From contig JAQGDQ010000041.1 of assembly GCA_030141605.1 (NCBI GenBank), forward strand, positions 124,001-188,000: 64,000 bases of DNA, written 5' to 3'. Made by a program: the position numbers and the translations under genes. The stretch is from Tubiluchus corallicola. Lineage: Eukaryota; Animalia; Priapulida. The notes under the pieces are model-generated. The model was given only the letters and a program-made list of their open reading frames with translations, was not told where the DNA came from and ran no database searches. Shown here one piece after another: positions 40,746 through 52,954 of this stretch (its first letter is position 1; every line of letters starts with the position of its first letter).

Positions 40746-41948
40746 TCACATCTTAAAACTTTTTTTCTTACACAAGTTGTCTAAGTTAGCAATAATGCTG
40801 TTAGTCACGTAATCTAAGTATATTTTGTCGTTGTAATCTTTTCTGTGACTAGGACTGATATCTAATTCAAAATGTGGTCCATATAAATGAAAGAATTCAT
40901 TATCTGGAATATCAGTTGAAAGCTTTTGCTGCAGCAATAATGAAGTTATATACGCCCAGCATCGTGCTGTATTTGCACTGTTATACCCACCCCCACCTAA
41001 CAATAACATTGGTAAGTGCCACTGAAGCAGGGTATTTATACAGGAACCTAAAGCTCGGTGAGTCAGGTTAAAGACAGACATCGGGTCTCCAACAATTCCA
41101 TCTGCTCCACATTGGCAAACCAGCACTTGTGGATCAAAGACGTCTTTTACTTTAGCAATAACTTTGTGAAAAACATGAATGAAAGGTGCATCTGTTATTC
41201 CCTCTTTTAGTGGCACATTTACGGAGTAAAATCGTCCTTGACCATATCCAATTTCACTCAGTCTCCCGGTTCCTGGAAAAAATCCAGCATGGAGATGATG
41301 AAAAGATATGGTCATAACTTTATCTGTAAAGCAAAATGCATCTTCAACTCCATCACCGTGGTGAAGGTCAAAATCAATGTATAATACTCGTTCAAAGCGC
41401 TGTCTAAGTTTCAATATTGCCAAAATACAATCATTAAAAAAACAGTATCCAGATGCTTCATCCTTCTTGGCATGATGCCATCCACCACACCAATTAATAG
41501 CAATGTTACATAAATTATCCAGCAATGCGCCAGCAGCTGTTAAAGTACCTCCTGACATAAAAGCAGCAAAGGTATATACACCAGGAAAAGGCAGGCAATC
41601 ATAGCTTAAACCAAATTCTTCAAAATTGCTCTCATACTTTTCATAATCTTCTTCATCAGCTTCATTAAGATTTTGCAAATACTGAACGTAATCCAAACTA
41701 TGAAAGCTTGTAAGTTCATTAATCGTTGCAGGCTTTGGTGAAATAACGTTTACATGCTCAGTCATTCCATATGCATCTATCAGAGCATGCACAATCGATG
41801 CACGAGTTTTGACATTCATCAAAATATCACATATTTTTACATACTGCGGGCTGTAAATGTAGCAAAGTATTTTCTTGGTGCAATTTCCTATATTGGTGGG
41901 ACTAGCATTCACAACACTGTCGCTGCTGCTCACATTGGCGTTTTCCAT
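40746..41948 (-). CDS. HDAC8: Histone deacetylase 8 (class I HDAC), single coding exon, 400 aa
   Basis: Uninterrupted ORF with HDAC8 motifs: RASIVH, GLSYDC, NWCGGWHHAKKDEASG, YIDFDLHHGDGVE, GFFPGTG, QCGAD-GDPM, GGGGYN. Confidence 0.95.
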   Translation of the reverse strand: MENANVSSSDSVVNASPTNIGNCTKKILCYIYSPQYVKICDILMNVKTRASIVHALIDAYGMTEHVNVISPKPATINELTSFHSLDYVQYLQNLNEADEEDYEKYESNFEEFGLSYDCLPFPGVYTFAAFMSGGTLTAAGALLDNLCNIAINWCGGWHHAKKDEASGYCFFNDCILAILKLRQRFERVLYIDFDLHHGDGVEDAFCFTDKVMTISFHHLHAGFFPGTGRLSEIGYGQGRFYSVNVPLKEGITDAPFIHVFHKVIAKVKDVFDPQVLVCQCGADGIVGDPMSVFNLTHRALGSCINTLLQWHLPMLLLGGGGYNSANTARCWAYITSLLLQQKLSTDIPDNEFFHLYGPHFELDISPSHRKDYNDKIYLDYVTNSIIANLDNLCKKKSFKM

Positions 41949-41949
41949 T

Positions 41950-44035
41950 GAAAACTACGTTACCGTGGTTACCAAATTAGATCCGAAAGTTAATCACGAG
42001 AGTTACTGACAAAATTTTCATTTTCCCGCTGAAATCCAGTACACAGCCATAATGTACGTCTACAATTGGTAAAAAGCGCACTGCAGTCTTGCAGATGTTA
42101 AGCGCATTCGTCACGCCTTTGTTTAATATGTGAGTTTCGTCGTACTTTGGTTCACGTCAGGTGCAATGCCTCTGACTCTTTTATCGCAGGGTAAACTGCC
42201 ATCACAATAATCAGACTTGTTCACATTGTACATCGATATTATCGTATTCTCTTTTTCGTTTTTAATAGTTTTCACAAACAAAACTTTTTTCATCTACAAA
42301 ATATAGTGCATTCAAGTAAGTGTGGACAAACCCATTATTTAAGCTTAACACTAAAATGCGAGTACCCCAGTCTCTTCATTACTGGCGTATCACTTGATGT
42401 TGCCCACATGTACATACAGCGAGAGTCACACACGTTGCGTCGTTCCTAACGTGATGTCACTTCCGCTTTCTTTCAGAATTTTTTGTTTTTCGCAAGATAT
42501 CTGTGCGGCGCTAAGTTTGAAGTGTTTCAATGCTAACCAAACCAAAATGCACACGTTTATAAAAAAATGACACCGCTTTTTTGTATCAGGCTAGTCAATA
42601 GTTAATTTTGACATCAAGTATCTACCAGGGTGTCAGTGGACCTTTAATGAACATTGTCTCCTAATAACAACCAGTTAATTTTCTCCAAGAATCAGCCAAC
42701 CACACTTCAAAATGTGGAGAGATTTATTCCTACTAAATCTAATAGCTGTAGAACACCTATCCAATTAGTTTTCAAAATTTGCATGTCAACCTCACAAACT
42801 TTCCTTTCTATGAAATTATTCCATCCCTTTTCGGTTGGAATATGTCTGTTAATTTACAAAGGCCTTGCTCTGATAAATCTCAAAGTGCTAGTATGTTACC
42901 ACAAACTCACAAACTAAATTAATCTGATAAAAAGGTTATTCAATTTAGCCATCTTGAATGAATTCTATAACATACCATAAGACTCGTAGCCTTTTTAATA
43001 ACCTATCTTCACCCATAAATATAGTACTATTTAAATATTAACTAAGATGCACTTTTGCTTCTCTTTCCATAAAGATGATAAACCATATCCACCTCTCACA
43101 ATTGGTCCACAACAATTTTTTGTCTTCCATGGCCAACGAGAAAATTTCCTTGCATACTTTCATAAAAATTAGACTCTTCTTGATAAAAAAAACCCCCACC
43201 CAGCCCATACAAACACAATTTTTGGAGCTATTACGTACTGGCTTCCATCCAGTCCTAGCAACCTCTTAGAGCATCAGATGACATTGCCATCAATATTACT
43301 CAGTATGACAAAACTTGTGTGGTTAAACAAAGGCATGGTGAATGTCACGTACTGCCGCTATAGTGTGTGGGAGTGAGTGGACTGCGTGCCAGGAAAGTTA
43401 TATGTCCTTATCCAGTTTATTCTCTCCAATTGTTACTGCCAGTAATTTTTTGTGTCATCTTTCTAAAATTGCTACAGTGAACAGTAAACTGACAATAACT
43501 AGTTGTAACATGGGCAGTTCACATGGCTTGCTGTGCCTTGCTTGGCCTGGCATCACTTTTTGAGTGGTCTGCAGTGAATGTTATAACGGTGATTATTACA
43601 TATCATAATTTCAAAATATGGAATTCTAATCACGTTTGAATTCAGTAGTAAATTTAAAATATTTAAATAAATTTTGAATCGGTAATGAAAATAATGATGT
43701 GACAAGAAACCTCAGTATAGTTTGGAGATGGCAAAGACTACGCCTGTACATAGCATTGTAACTCATTTACCTCGATCTAATGTAATTCATATAATTAGAA
43801 TTAAAAGCCACAGTAAAAATAGTTTTGTGCAGTTACTGGCAAGTGGGCCACCCATTGTTTTAATCTCTGTTTTGTAAATGTATGCTCGCTAAAAAGACTG
43901 CGCTGCTTCAATGTGAGCGGTGCATAGCGCAGGGGGAACGTAGGAATAAGACATAAAATGGTTGTTAGGTGGTTATTTGTTCTTGCGCTTGTGAAATCAC
44001 AATAAAGTGTTTATTTGTCTTAATGAAGAACCGAA
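41950..44035. promoter_or_regulatory. Divergent promoter interval between HDAC8 and SLAIN
   Basis: Head-to-head ATGs lie ~2.1 kb apart. CpG-retaining patches occur at ~41950-42520 and ~43880-44040, and an ETS-type site CACTTCCG lies at ~42458. Confidence 0.5.
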
Positions 44036-44427
44036 ATGGGCGAACACCTCAATGTAGGCCAACAAACCGAAGAGCTGAGAAAGCTACAAAGCTTGGTCAA
44101 AGAACTTGAAAGTCAAAACCAGCAACTTCGAAGTCAAATTACTAGCAATGTTGAAAATGAAAACGTTAACGGACATGACACCGACGTTTATCCTACAGAA
44201 CCAGAGACTTTAGCAAAATTTGTTAAAGGAGCTGGTGTGCCTGACGAAATTGGAAATGAGCCATTGACCATTTTCTTTCCTGCCTTGTCTTCTTCGAGGT
44301 CAACGTCAGGGACATTCGAGCTTTCAGCTTCGGCTTCAACGTCATCATCCGCAACAGTTGAAGTCAGTCTAGATACAGTCGATTTAATTGATGTAGGCAC
44401 CACAGACTCAGAGTCTGAAGAAAGCTG
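44036..44427 (+). CDS. SLAIN: SLAIN exon 1
   Basis: N-terminal coiled coil; phase-2 donor TG|GTGAGC. Confidence 0.9.
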
Positions 44428-47400
44428 GTGAGCAAATTTCTACAGAATAATTTTTAATTTCGTGTTTCACATATCTTTGTAATAATTATATTTGCTGTCG
44501 TCGGGCTATATTCTAATCTTTGTCTGTCACGTTAATTTTTAGGTTATTTTCGTCACCAACGCGCACTTCAGACCAGAATAATGTAAGTCCATGCAAATGG
44601 CTAGAGCGAGCATATGAAGATGAATCTAGTCCAGAGCACGAACTATCCAAAAAAATGCTAGTATACAAGTTAGACGAAATTTGTAAGTAGTGTCTAGCAT
44701 GGATTTTTTAAATATTCTGACCAATATCAATAAACTTAATAGTATACTATATGTTTTGTCTTTCCAAAATTTTCAAAAATTTAGGCAAGGTTTTAAAGAT
44801 ATTTAATCATCAGTTTTTCTAGTTTTTTGTCATTTACTTGCATTCTGGTGTTCATTCCTGCAAGTTCTATAAGCTTGAATTTTTTCATTTTGATAAATTT
44901 ATTATATGCTAAAATATTTTATTATTTCAGTGTCATCACCATCAAAACCTTTAACAAACAAACATGGTGCTGTATCAAAACTGTGTCACTGTGCATCAGA
45001 ACCTGTGATCAAGCCTCCTTTATATGGTAACTTAAATGTTATTACTTACTACACGTAAAGATTTGTTGTTTCAAATTTAAAAGAGGTAAAGTAACAGCCA
45101 ATTAAGAGGCGACGTATCATGCCACTAAACACGGTTGTTTCTGGACTTGACATTAAGGGTGCACAGAAATGCATATTTTCATCAGCAGAACTAAAGCTGA
45201 ATTTTTTATGATTGGGTTCCACCAAACTGAAGCTCAACCGAATGATCGGCCATGCTGCCAAACCAAATTCCAAATAAAATATCAAGTTAGACAGGAATAC
45301 CGAACCGAAGTTTTTGCTGAAGTGGAACTGAATTTTCTTGTAAAGTTAATGGAAATGCAACTGAAAGGAATTATGAGCGATTATGGTGATTATGAGCTGT
45401 GTAAAATTGTACTGACAACTATACCTGTTTTTTAATTTAATGGCTGCTGTAGTAAAGTATTAAATATTTCACAGGCAGCCCTAGTTATGTCAAAAGCAGT
45501 TAAAACGACTTTGTACAATCAGAAAAAATAGTATTGAAGCAAATATTTTGTAGTAATACAGTGTAAAATGCACACATGTAATTATTTTGTAGTGAAAATA
45601 TTCAAATTCTGAAACGCAGCAGTAATTTAGCAAAAAAAACTGAACACTGCTATGCCTGCTTTCTGCTTTATACCTAAACTAAAGCATTTCAGTGCAATGC
45701 AGCAATAGTGTAGTTCTTCACTAGCTTGAATTTTCATTGACCTATTTTGCTGTGTATAAGCGAATGCAACACCGCCACTCTATTGTACTTTGTACCAATG
45801 GTGCATCGCAATCTTCAAGTTATCATACAGAAACAGAAAGCAAAATGCCGGTTGCTGTATTTCATTTGCCGTTTACCATCAGTGTTTTTTTTTGAATAAT
45901 TTTTTATAAGTATTAATCAAATATTCGGTTTGTTTAATGTACTTTTTGCCGAGTCTAGTAATTATTAAAAACGTATGTTCGGTATACTGAAAGTTCACCA
46001 AGATTTTTGTAATTACAACCGAGCTTTACCAGACCGGATTTTTATGTTAATATTTGGGAGAAGAATTCGACAGTCCGGATATTCGATGCATCTCTACTTG
46101 AAATATTGTTTCTTTACAGTGAAGTTCAACAAAAATAGTAGAAGTTTAACAGCAAAACTAACTATGATGTTATTTATTCAATTTACATATGATGATCCAA
46201 AAGCTTGTTCTTTCTTGTCTTTGTGTGTATAATGTACTTTGCTTGCAAGTGAAATTTTGCAAATTCTTCTTATAAGATTCTTTAATTTTTGTTGCTTTTC
46301 ACTATGGTACCAGCAATTCAAATCACTTGGTGTTGACTATTTAGATAGAAAAATAGACAGTAGCACTTTCACACGTCCACGTAGGAAAAAACCTAAAGAT
46401 GAGCGAATCAGTTACTTATCTACTAATGATGACAATGATGAAAGTACAAGTAGCAATGAAAGTTTTCTGAATATTCATGCTCTGGCTAGGAAACAGGAAG
46501 AAAGTAAGTATCTTAACTAATCTATTTCTTTTTCTGACAGTAAGCACAAGTTTGTTAATCTGGGTTTGGAAAAGTGTTAATATTCATATTCACTTTTTCA
46601 GTTATGTAATGTGCTATGCTACGGTTTTGTCAGCAAGTTATGCTAAGGCTAAATTTTCTATGCTAAGGCTCTAATTTTCCGACTCATTTCAGTTTTTGCG
46701 CAGAGCATTGGAACAATGCGAAACAATGGCTTCTGTTCATTCCATTAAAATCAAATGTGGCATACATGCCTTTCAGAATTGGGTCAAACATAATTCCATT
46801 ACCATTGTCAATTGTGTATTCTCCAGTAAGACAATTTCAATTTTATAATGATATATTTTGGATCGTCTCATGTGCATCAATAAAGTTTCAAACTTTTAAT
46901 ATCCACCTAGTGCTTTTGAAGAATAATCAAATTAATGTTTTGTTAAACAAACTATGTTTAAATAGTAAAGCAACTTTGATATTGCTTAGAATTCCAATCT
47001 TATTGAAACATTGTAACGAAAAATCACTGTTTTGTTAAACAAACTATGTTTAAATAGTAAAGCAACTTTGATATTGCTTAGAATTCCAATCTTATTGAAA
47101 CATTGTAACGAAAAATCACTGTAGAACAGTGATTTCTAAGTTTTACAGAACATTTATTTTGATGGCAGATAGTAATTGCTATTTTTTAATTATGAACTCA
47201 CTTTTTCGTATAAAACTTGTTTTTGTAACTTTGCTTCATTGAGCTAGGTAAATTCGGCATACAGTTAACACTCGTCGTAACATACTATTGGGGGGGGGGG
47301 TAGTCCATTATAGCCAAAGGAAAGCCCCATATAGCATGTCTTATTGAAAAAAAGTTCCTGTAAACAGGAGCATTTATTTTAGCTGCTCTAACATTTACAA

Positions 47401-50400
47401 CTTTCCGTAACACTAACTGATTCCCTTCAGCTTGCTTCTGAAATAAAGAATGCAGTTGATAAGCTTGTTTTCACTACATATTTTGTTGATACTGCACATG
47501 TGCATTAAAGTTTGCTTATCCCTAGAATTGAAAGCTGTGCCCTTTGAAACTGCTGATATAATTGGTTTCTCCTGAAGTCTCCACTGACACAAATGCGTGG
47601 GCAGCTAGGAAGCAAGAATACGATAAGGGCAGTTCACTGACCTGACTATTAAGTGTATTTGGTGGCACAATTTTAAATCAATGTAATGTTAACCATATAT
47701 TTTCGATGATATAATAATGCAGATCATTAAAGCTGGGGCAAATCAGAATTGAAACTGGAAGTGTTACAGCCCACGCCCTTTTTATTATGTGCTTTTTCTG
47801 ATTTATAAGTTATAGGAACAAGAAATGCTAATAACACAGAGATAATTCTTGTCGGATAAAACGCTGTGCAAATATAAATGTTGAAATGCTACAGATTACA
47901 CACTGACCTAATCTTATGGCACGGAAATGTGACTTCATTACAAATGACTTGTTCCAGCATAACTTTAAGCGATTGGACAAGCAAAAATAGTCAGTTGTAA
48001 TGAGTGCTTAGTGATTTAATTTTTACTTTGATGTTAATTTTTCGTCATAATTGCATATCATTTTTACTTAAAATTTTTGTTGTTACAGACTTGAGACAAA
48101 GCTTGTCTACATCACAAGCAAATCGCCGGGGCTCTGGTTCTGGTAAGACCATATATTTATTGCTAAATGCCTTAAATGTGCATAATAATTCCTAAATAAG
48201 TAATCATAACACTTCAGTTTCCATTGCCGCTATTTACATAAGAATATGGACATTTTCAAACTTTTTCTGCATGTTGCAGTAAGTCTTTCATTTGTAGCTT
48301 ATAATAGAAATGTCAATGCTGTAGTAAGTGGGTATTCAAAATAAGATATAAGATCACATTTTATGAAATAAAAGTTACAAATTAATTTATGTTTACATTT
48401 GTTAATCATTTGTTTTATCTTTGAAACTTTCATGTTTTCTCCTTTTAATAATTGTGAATATAATCTTCTGATATTCACTTTCTTTAATACTTCTGAAACA
48501 CTTTATACATAGATCACAAACATGGTGTTAGTAACAGTAATGAAGATGATCAAAGACTGTCAAAGAACATACCTCATGCTACCTCGGTAATGCCGTCGCT
48601 TGATGGAAATGAAAGCTCTGACAGTTCTGCTTCTTATGGTACATTTCTAATAGTCTGTACTGTCACAAAGGCATGCATGAAAACTCATAATACTTTCAAT
48701 TATTGTACCAGAATGTTTCTAGAGTAAATTGCGTGTATATATTACGTACTAAATTAATTTGGATAAATGAATAAACTCAGTTAGTTTGCATAACACGTAC
48801 AGTAAAACTATTTTCTAACTGTTACTGCGATGTAGCTGCATGGTTCATTTTATGAATCTACTACAGCAGTTTTGTCTAAATAGGATAAACACAGATGCTA
48901 ATATTCGCAGTAATGTTGTCAATACTGGATACTGACAATATTATTGAGTGTCAGTAATCAATACTGAATCATAGCTATGAGTTGGGCAGTATCATTGTGA
49001 GTGTCTAAGTCCTTTAAGTGGCTTGATTGCTAAGATTAAAATTTTCTGTTCTTCCGATTCCATATAATATCTGCATATACACATGATATTAATAGCGTTT
49101 TGAGTCATTTGCTTAATGGACAGTGTTCACTGAAAATTATGTATTTTCTCATTTTTGCACTATTACTTTATTGGGATCATTTTCAAAACCTAGGCATGCA
49201 AGGAAAGTCTTGATGCATTGCTAATGATAGAAACAAATATATATGTATATATATAGTTGATCAGTTACTGCATACATTTTACTCTGAGACTGAGCGACAT
49301 TCTCAGAAACTCTGTGAAGCAAGATGGCTGATATTGAGTTTTTAAAGAGACCAAAATTCAGTACTACTTTGTACTGTTTAGTTTCCTTAAATCAACTAAG
49401 AAAACTATAAAAATTGTTTTAGGTTTAGCAATGCCCCAATCCAAAGTAGTAAATTTTGTGATTTATGTAATTCTGTAAAATGTGAATGCTGAAACTCAAA
49501 CATTTTCGAACATGCCTTAAAAATTATTAGTGGCTTTATTTACGTATGAATTTTTATTTAAATGAATTTCTTGTCATTGTTATTATTTTGTTTAGCCGTA
49601 TTGCTTGTTTAGTTTTTGCTTGATCAAGTGGTGATGGTAACCTTATATTTTGTTAGTATGCTCAGTTGCTAATTCTGTGACTTTGTTGTGTAGCTTCGTT
49701 TCACAGCGTCGGTAGTAGCCGACCTCGGTCAACGAGCAGCAGTACAAATGAGAGCGCATGCGACAGTAATGCATCACTAGATGCCGCATGTGATGCACCA
49801 AAAAAGTACAGATTAAATATAGTTTCCCAAGGTATTCGAGTCCCTTTATTTTATTTTGCTGTGTTGTTTTTATCATTGGTCATTATTGGTTAAATTGTGT
49901 TTGCTATTTTTATTGTGCGTGCGTGTGTGTGCATGTTGCTGAATTCTGCATACACGGGATATATATTCATTTTGCTTCATTAGGTTTGCTTTCTGATTAT
50001 ACAACGTATGTTTGACGATATGACTCAGTCTTGTGCTTACCAGTTTACTGGTAATAATTTTTCTTAATGATGATCGTTTTTCATTAAATTTTCCTGCATG
50101 ATTTGGCAAGTCTGCCAGAGAATGACAGCATACTTAATTTATTTTTAATTATAATGTATTCTTGATCAAATTATATTAACCTTGCTGTGGCGGCTTGTGA
50201 TTCTAATTAGTGATAATGCTGCTTCAGACAATTTTTAAGTGTAATAAACAGAAAAATACAGTAACTGTATATTGATATACTTGAAGTATTTCAATATTTG
50301 AAGTACCTTAAAATCCCCAAAAAACGATAATTTAACACTTTACAGATAAAATGCTCCAGTCTACGTCGATCGAAAGCTATTTTAAAATATGCATGCATAG

Positions 50401-52954
50401 GGGCTCTACTGTAACGTATACCAAAATCTAAGACAATTTACCTGCAAGCACTACACAGGATGATGTCAAAATGCTATCTCCAGCACTGACAAGCCATTGC
50501 TACCTGAGTCACAGTGCTCTCATCGTGTCACTGTAGAACAATAGCATATAACAACATAAAAAACCTAATGGTGCTTCTTTGTAGGACTAGAGACAACAGC
50601 TTACCGGGAACGAGCAGTGGCAGCTCTATTTCTGGGTGTTTGGTTTGGATTGAGAGAATGCTTGTTAGCATATAGTTAATTATTTTGTATATACTTGTTT
50701 CAATTGATAACAGGACAAACTGCAAGAAGAAGTTTACCAAATTTGAATCAACCCTCAGCACCATTAGACGGTTCGCACCAGAATCAGGGTAGTTCAGGTA
50801 ATCTGCTTCTTCCGGCTCGGACGAGAAGCCTAACTAGGCAGCACTCTAGTGACTCTCAACTAGCAACAGGTAAATAAGTCATTACATTTAAATGGTGAAT
50901 ACATGTTGTTAGTCTCCGAACTTGTAATTTATTGCTAGGATACACCACTTACATTCTACAGTACTGAAAACATGGTCGGCTTTGAAAAGCTTTAAACGGA
51001 TTTTGTGGAATCATCAAGTATATTAGTTTTATAAGTTCCATGTTATCTTTGATGAGCATTTAAAATTCTATAAGTGAGTTTTCTAGTAGAAAATAGAAAA
51101 TAAGTTCTGATTTGTACAAAAAAAACTTTCTAAATCAATCATCTTGATTCCATGATTAAATCCATTATTAAACCTGTCTAGTAGAAGCTACTGTAAATTA
51201 AGTTAAATGAACCTATTGGCTTTTTTGCTCCTAGTTAAAAAATTATTTTGTGGGCATGCTGAATTATGCTGAAACAAAAATTCAGTTTCACAGCTTCAAC
51301 GTCACACTTGATTTTATACAAACTGAAACTAGTTGTGTAGAACTATAAAGACATTCTTGAAAGTGGTTTCTATGATTGTGCTCAGGTCAAAATTGCACCA
51401 ACTGGGCCATCGAATCACGGATTTAGCCTGAGGCTTATTTTTGGCAGAAACTAGACGCTTCCACTTTCTTAGAATCTAAACATTACCTAAGATTTTACAG
51501 TGGTAATCTTGGTTTCAGCAGCTATCCCACTTTCTTTGCATTTCTGATAACTCTTTACAACTGTATCATTCAGATGTACAAGACACTAAAATTCATTTTT
51601 GTCGCAAAAATCACTTTTAAGCAATTTCACTTATTTTGCATAAGAGTGATGCATCACTTACATGATTTATTGTAATACTTAAGATAGAAATTGCTCAAAA
51701 ATGAAAGTTAGTTTTTGACATACATATTAAAGCAGCTATATAAACTAAGCTTCCAACAAGGGATTACTTGGTCACTTGTAGCTACTGGTTTTTCTGTGGA
51801 CTGCACAGTGCACATCGACTTTGTCTGCCTTTATTTTTCACATGTGCAGTGTTTAAAAAAGTGAGTCAGCCTCAAGTTAAGAATTTTTATTGCAAAAAAT
51901 GTAATGTGCATTTCAATGTACAATACAATTGGGGCTTAAAAGCAAGTATTGCTTTGTTTTTTGCAGATAATAAGTTTGTTTCATCTAAATTAAAAAAGTG
52001 CTCAAAAAATTCAAAGCCGTCCAGCCAAAAACCTGATGTTTCGTACCTGCCGCAGCCTCGTTGCTCATCTCCTCAACGGAGCGGCATACCAGTCTCTTTG
52101 CGTTCAAAGTCTAGCATCCCGCAGAGATTAACAAGGATTCCACAACCGCGCAAGTAAGTATAAGACATTCCACGTTCATATACTTTTTGATGTCAGCCAA
52201 GGCAAAGATTTGGTAATTTGTTATATTTTGTATTTTAAAAGCTTGTAGCAAATTGTTATTATGTATCTACTGATATTTGCGTTAACGTTAACTAACTTTA
52301 GCTAACTGAGCTGAAAGAAAATTGTTGGTTAGTTGCTATCTTAGGAGCATTTATTCACTCTGTTAATTATCCGCTCTCCCACTTAAAAAGTACATAGTCT
52401 GGCTTAGGAGTACAGTGAAGTGAAGACATAAATCGCGTCATTGCAATAATGTAACAGATACTTGCCAACGTTCTCCAATAGATGCATGTGTGACTGGCAT
52501 AGGAATTTACATTTTGTGTCGCTCTATGCAAATTTCTTGTGCTTAACGAATTTGTTATTATTCAGTTTCCCTGCAGTTTATTCTTTCTTGCTAAATTTAT
52601 ATTCAGTTAAAGTTAACCATTATACTATAGATTGTATGTAGTAGTACTCTGTTATTCTGAGCAGATGAAGTAGGTTGCTTGGTATATATATATATATATA
52701 TACATAATATATATATAATATATACACTAATGTATATATATTAGTGTATCGGTTGCAGAGAAATACAAAAAGTTAGCTCTGTCGTGCATAAATATTAAGC
52801 TCCGTTTTTGGAGACTTGGCTAAGCAATAACTAATTCCAGTTGTCCTCCTTGACTTTTAGAACCAGTCTCCCAGTTACTAGCAAGCCTAAACTGAAAAAG
52901 GTTGTTCCTCATCAGTCAACATTTGACGACGCATGGCAGGAAGGCTGCTTCTAG
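44036..52954 (+). CDS. SLAIN: SLAIN motif-containing protein (SLAIN1/2 pro-ortholog), ~10 exons, ~513 aa
   Basis: Exons are 44036-44427, 44543-44682, 44931-45026, 46345-46503, 48089-48142, 48513-48638, 49694-49831, 50714-50869, 51967-52153 and 52861-52954 (1542 nt, frame-consistent). Motifs: coiled coil ELRKLQSLVKELESQNQQLR, WLFSSP..SPCKW..KKMLVYKLD, LARKQEENLRQ, RRSLPNL, SxIP-type motifs and C-terminal WQEGCF. Exons 3, 6 and 7 rest only on splice signals and frame. Confidence 0.88.
44543..44682 (+). CDS. SLAIN: SLAIN exon 2
   Basis: Encodes WLFSSP...LVYKLDEI; acceptor TTTTTAG| and donor |GTAAGT. Confidence 0.9.
45154..46096. mobile_element. hAT-type MITE in SLAIN intron 3
   Basis: Termini TAAGGGTGCACAGAA / TTCGATGCATCTCTA, subterminal ACCGAA/TTCGGT repeats, and an 8-bp TSD CTTGACAT / CTTGAAAT (7/8 identical). 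Confidence 0.7.
46345..46503 (+). CDS. SLAIN: SLAIN exon 4
   Basis: Encodes IDSSTFTRP...LARKQEE; donor |GTAAGT. Confidence 0.85.
46936..47122. repeat. Perfect 92-bp tandem duplication
   Basis: 46936-47027 is identical to 47028-47119, with TGT microhomology at the junctions. Confidence 0.95.
50714..50869 (+). CDS. SLAIN: SLAIN exon 8
   Basis: RRSLPNL motif; phase 1-1 exon. Confidence 0.85.
51967..52153 (+). CDS. SLAIN: SLAIN exon 9 (SxIP-type motifs)
   Basis: Contains SYLP, SGIP, SSIP and TRIP; acceptor TTTGCAG| and donor |GTAAGT. Confidence 0.88.
52861..52954 (+). CDS. SLAIN: SLAIN last exon
   Basis: Encodes TSLP...FDDAWQEGCF*, like the vertebrate SLAIN WRDGCY terminus. Confidence 0.9.

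Noticed and set aside
46314-46344. Upstream acceptor CCAG| for SLAIN exon 4
   Set aside because: A phase-1 entry hits TGA within 8 codons; the acceptor at 46344 keeps the frame.
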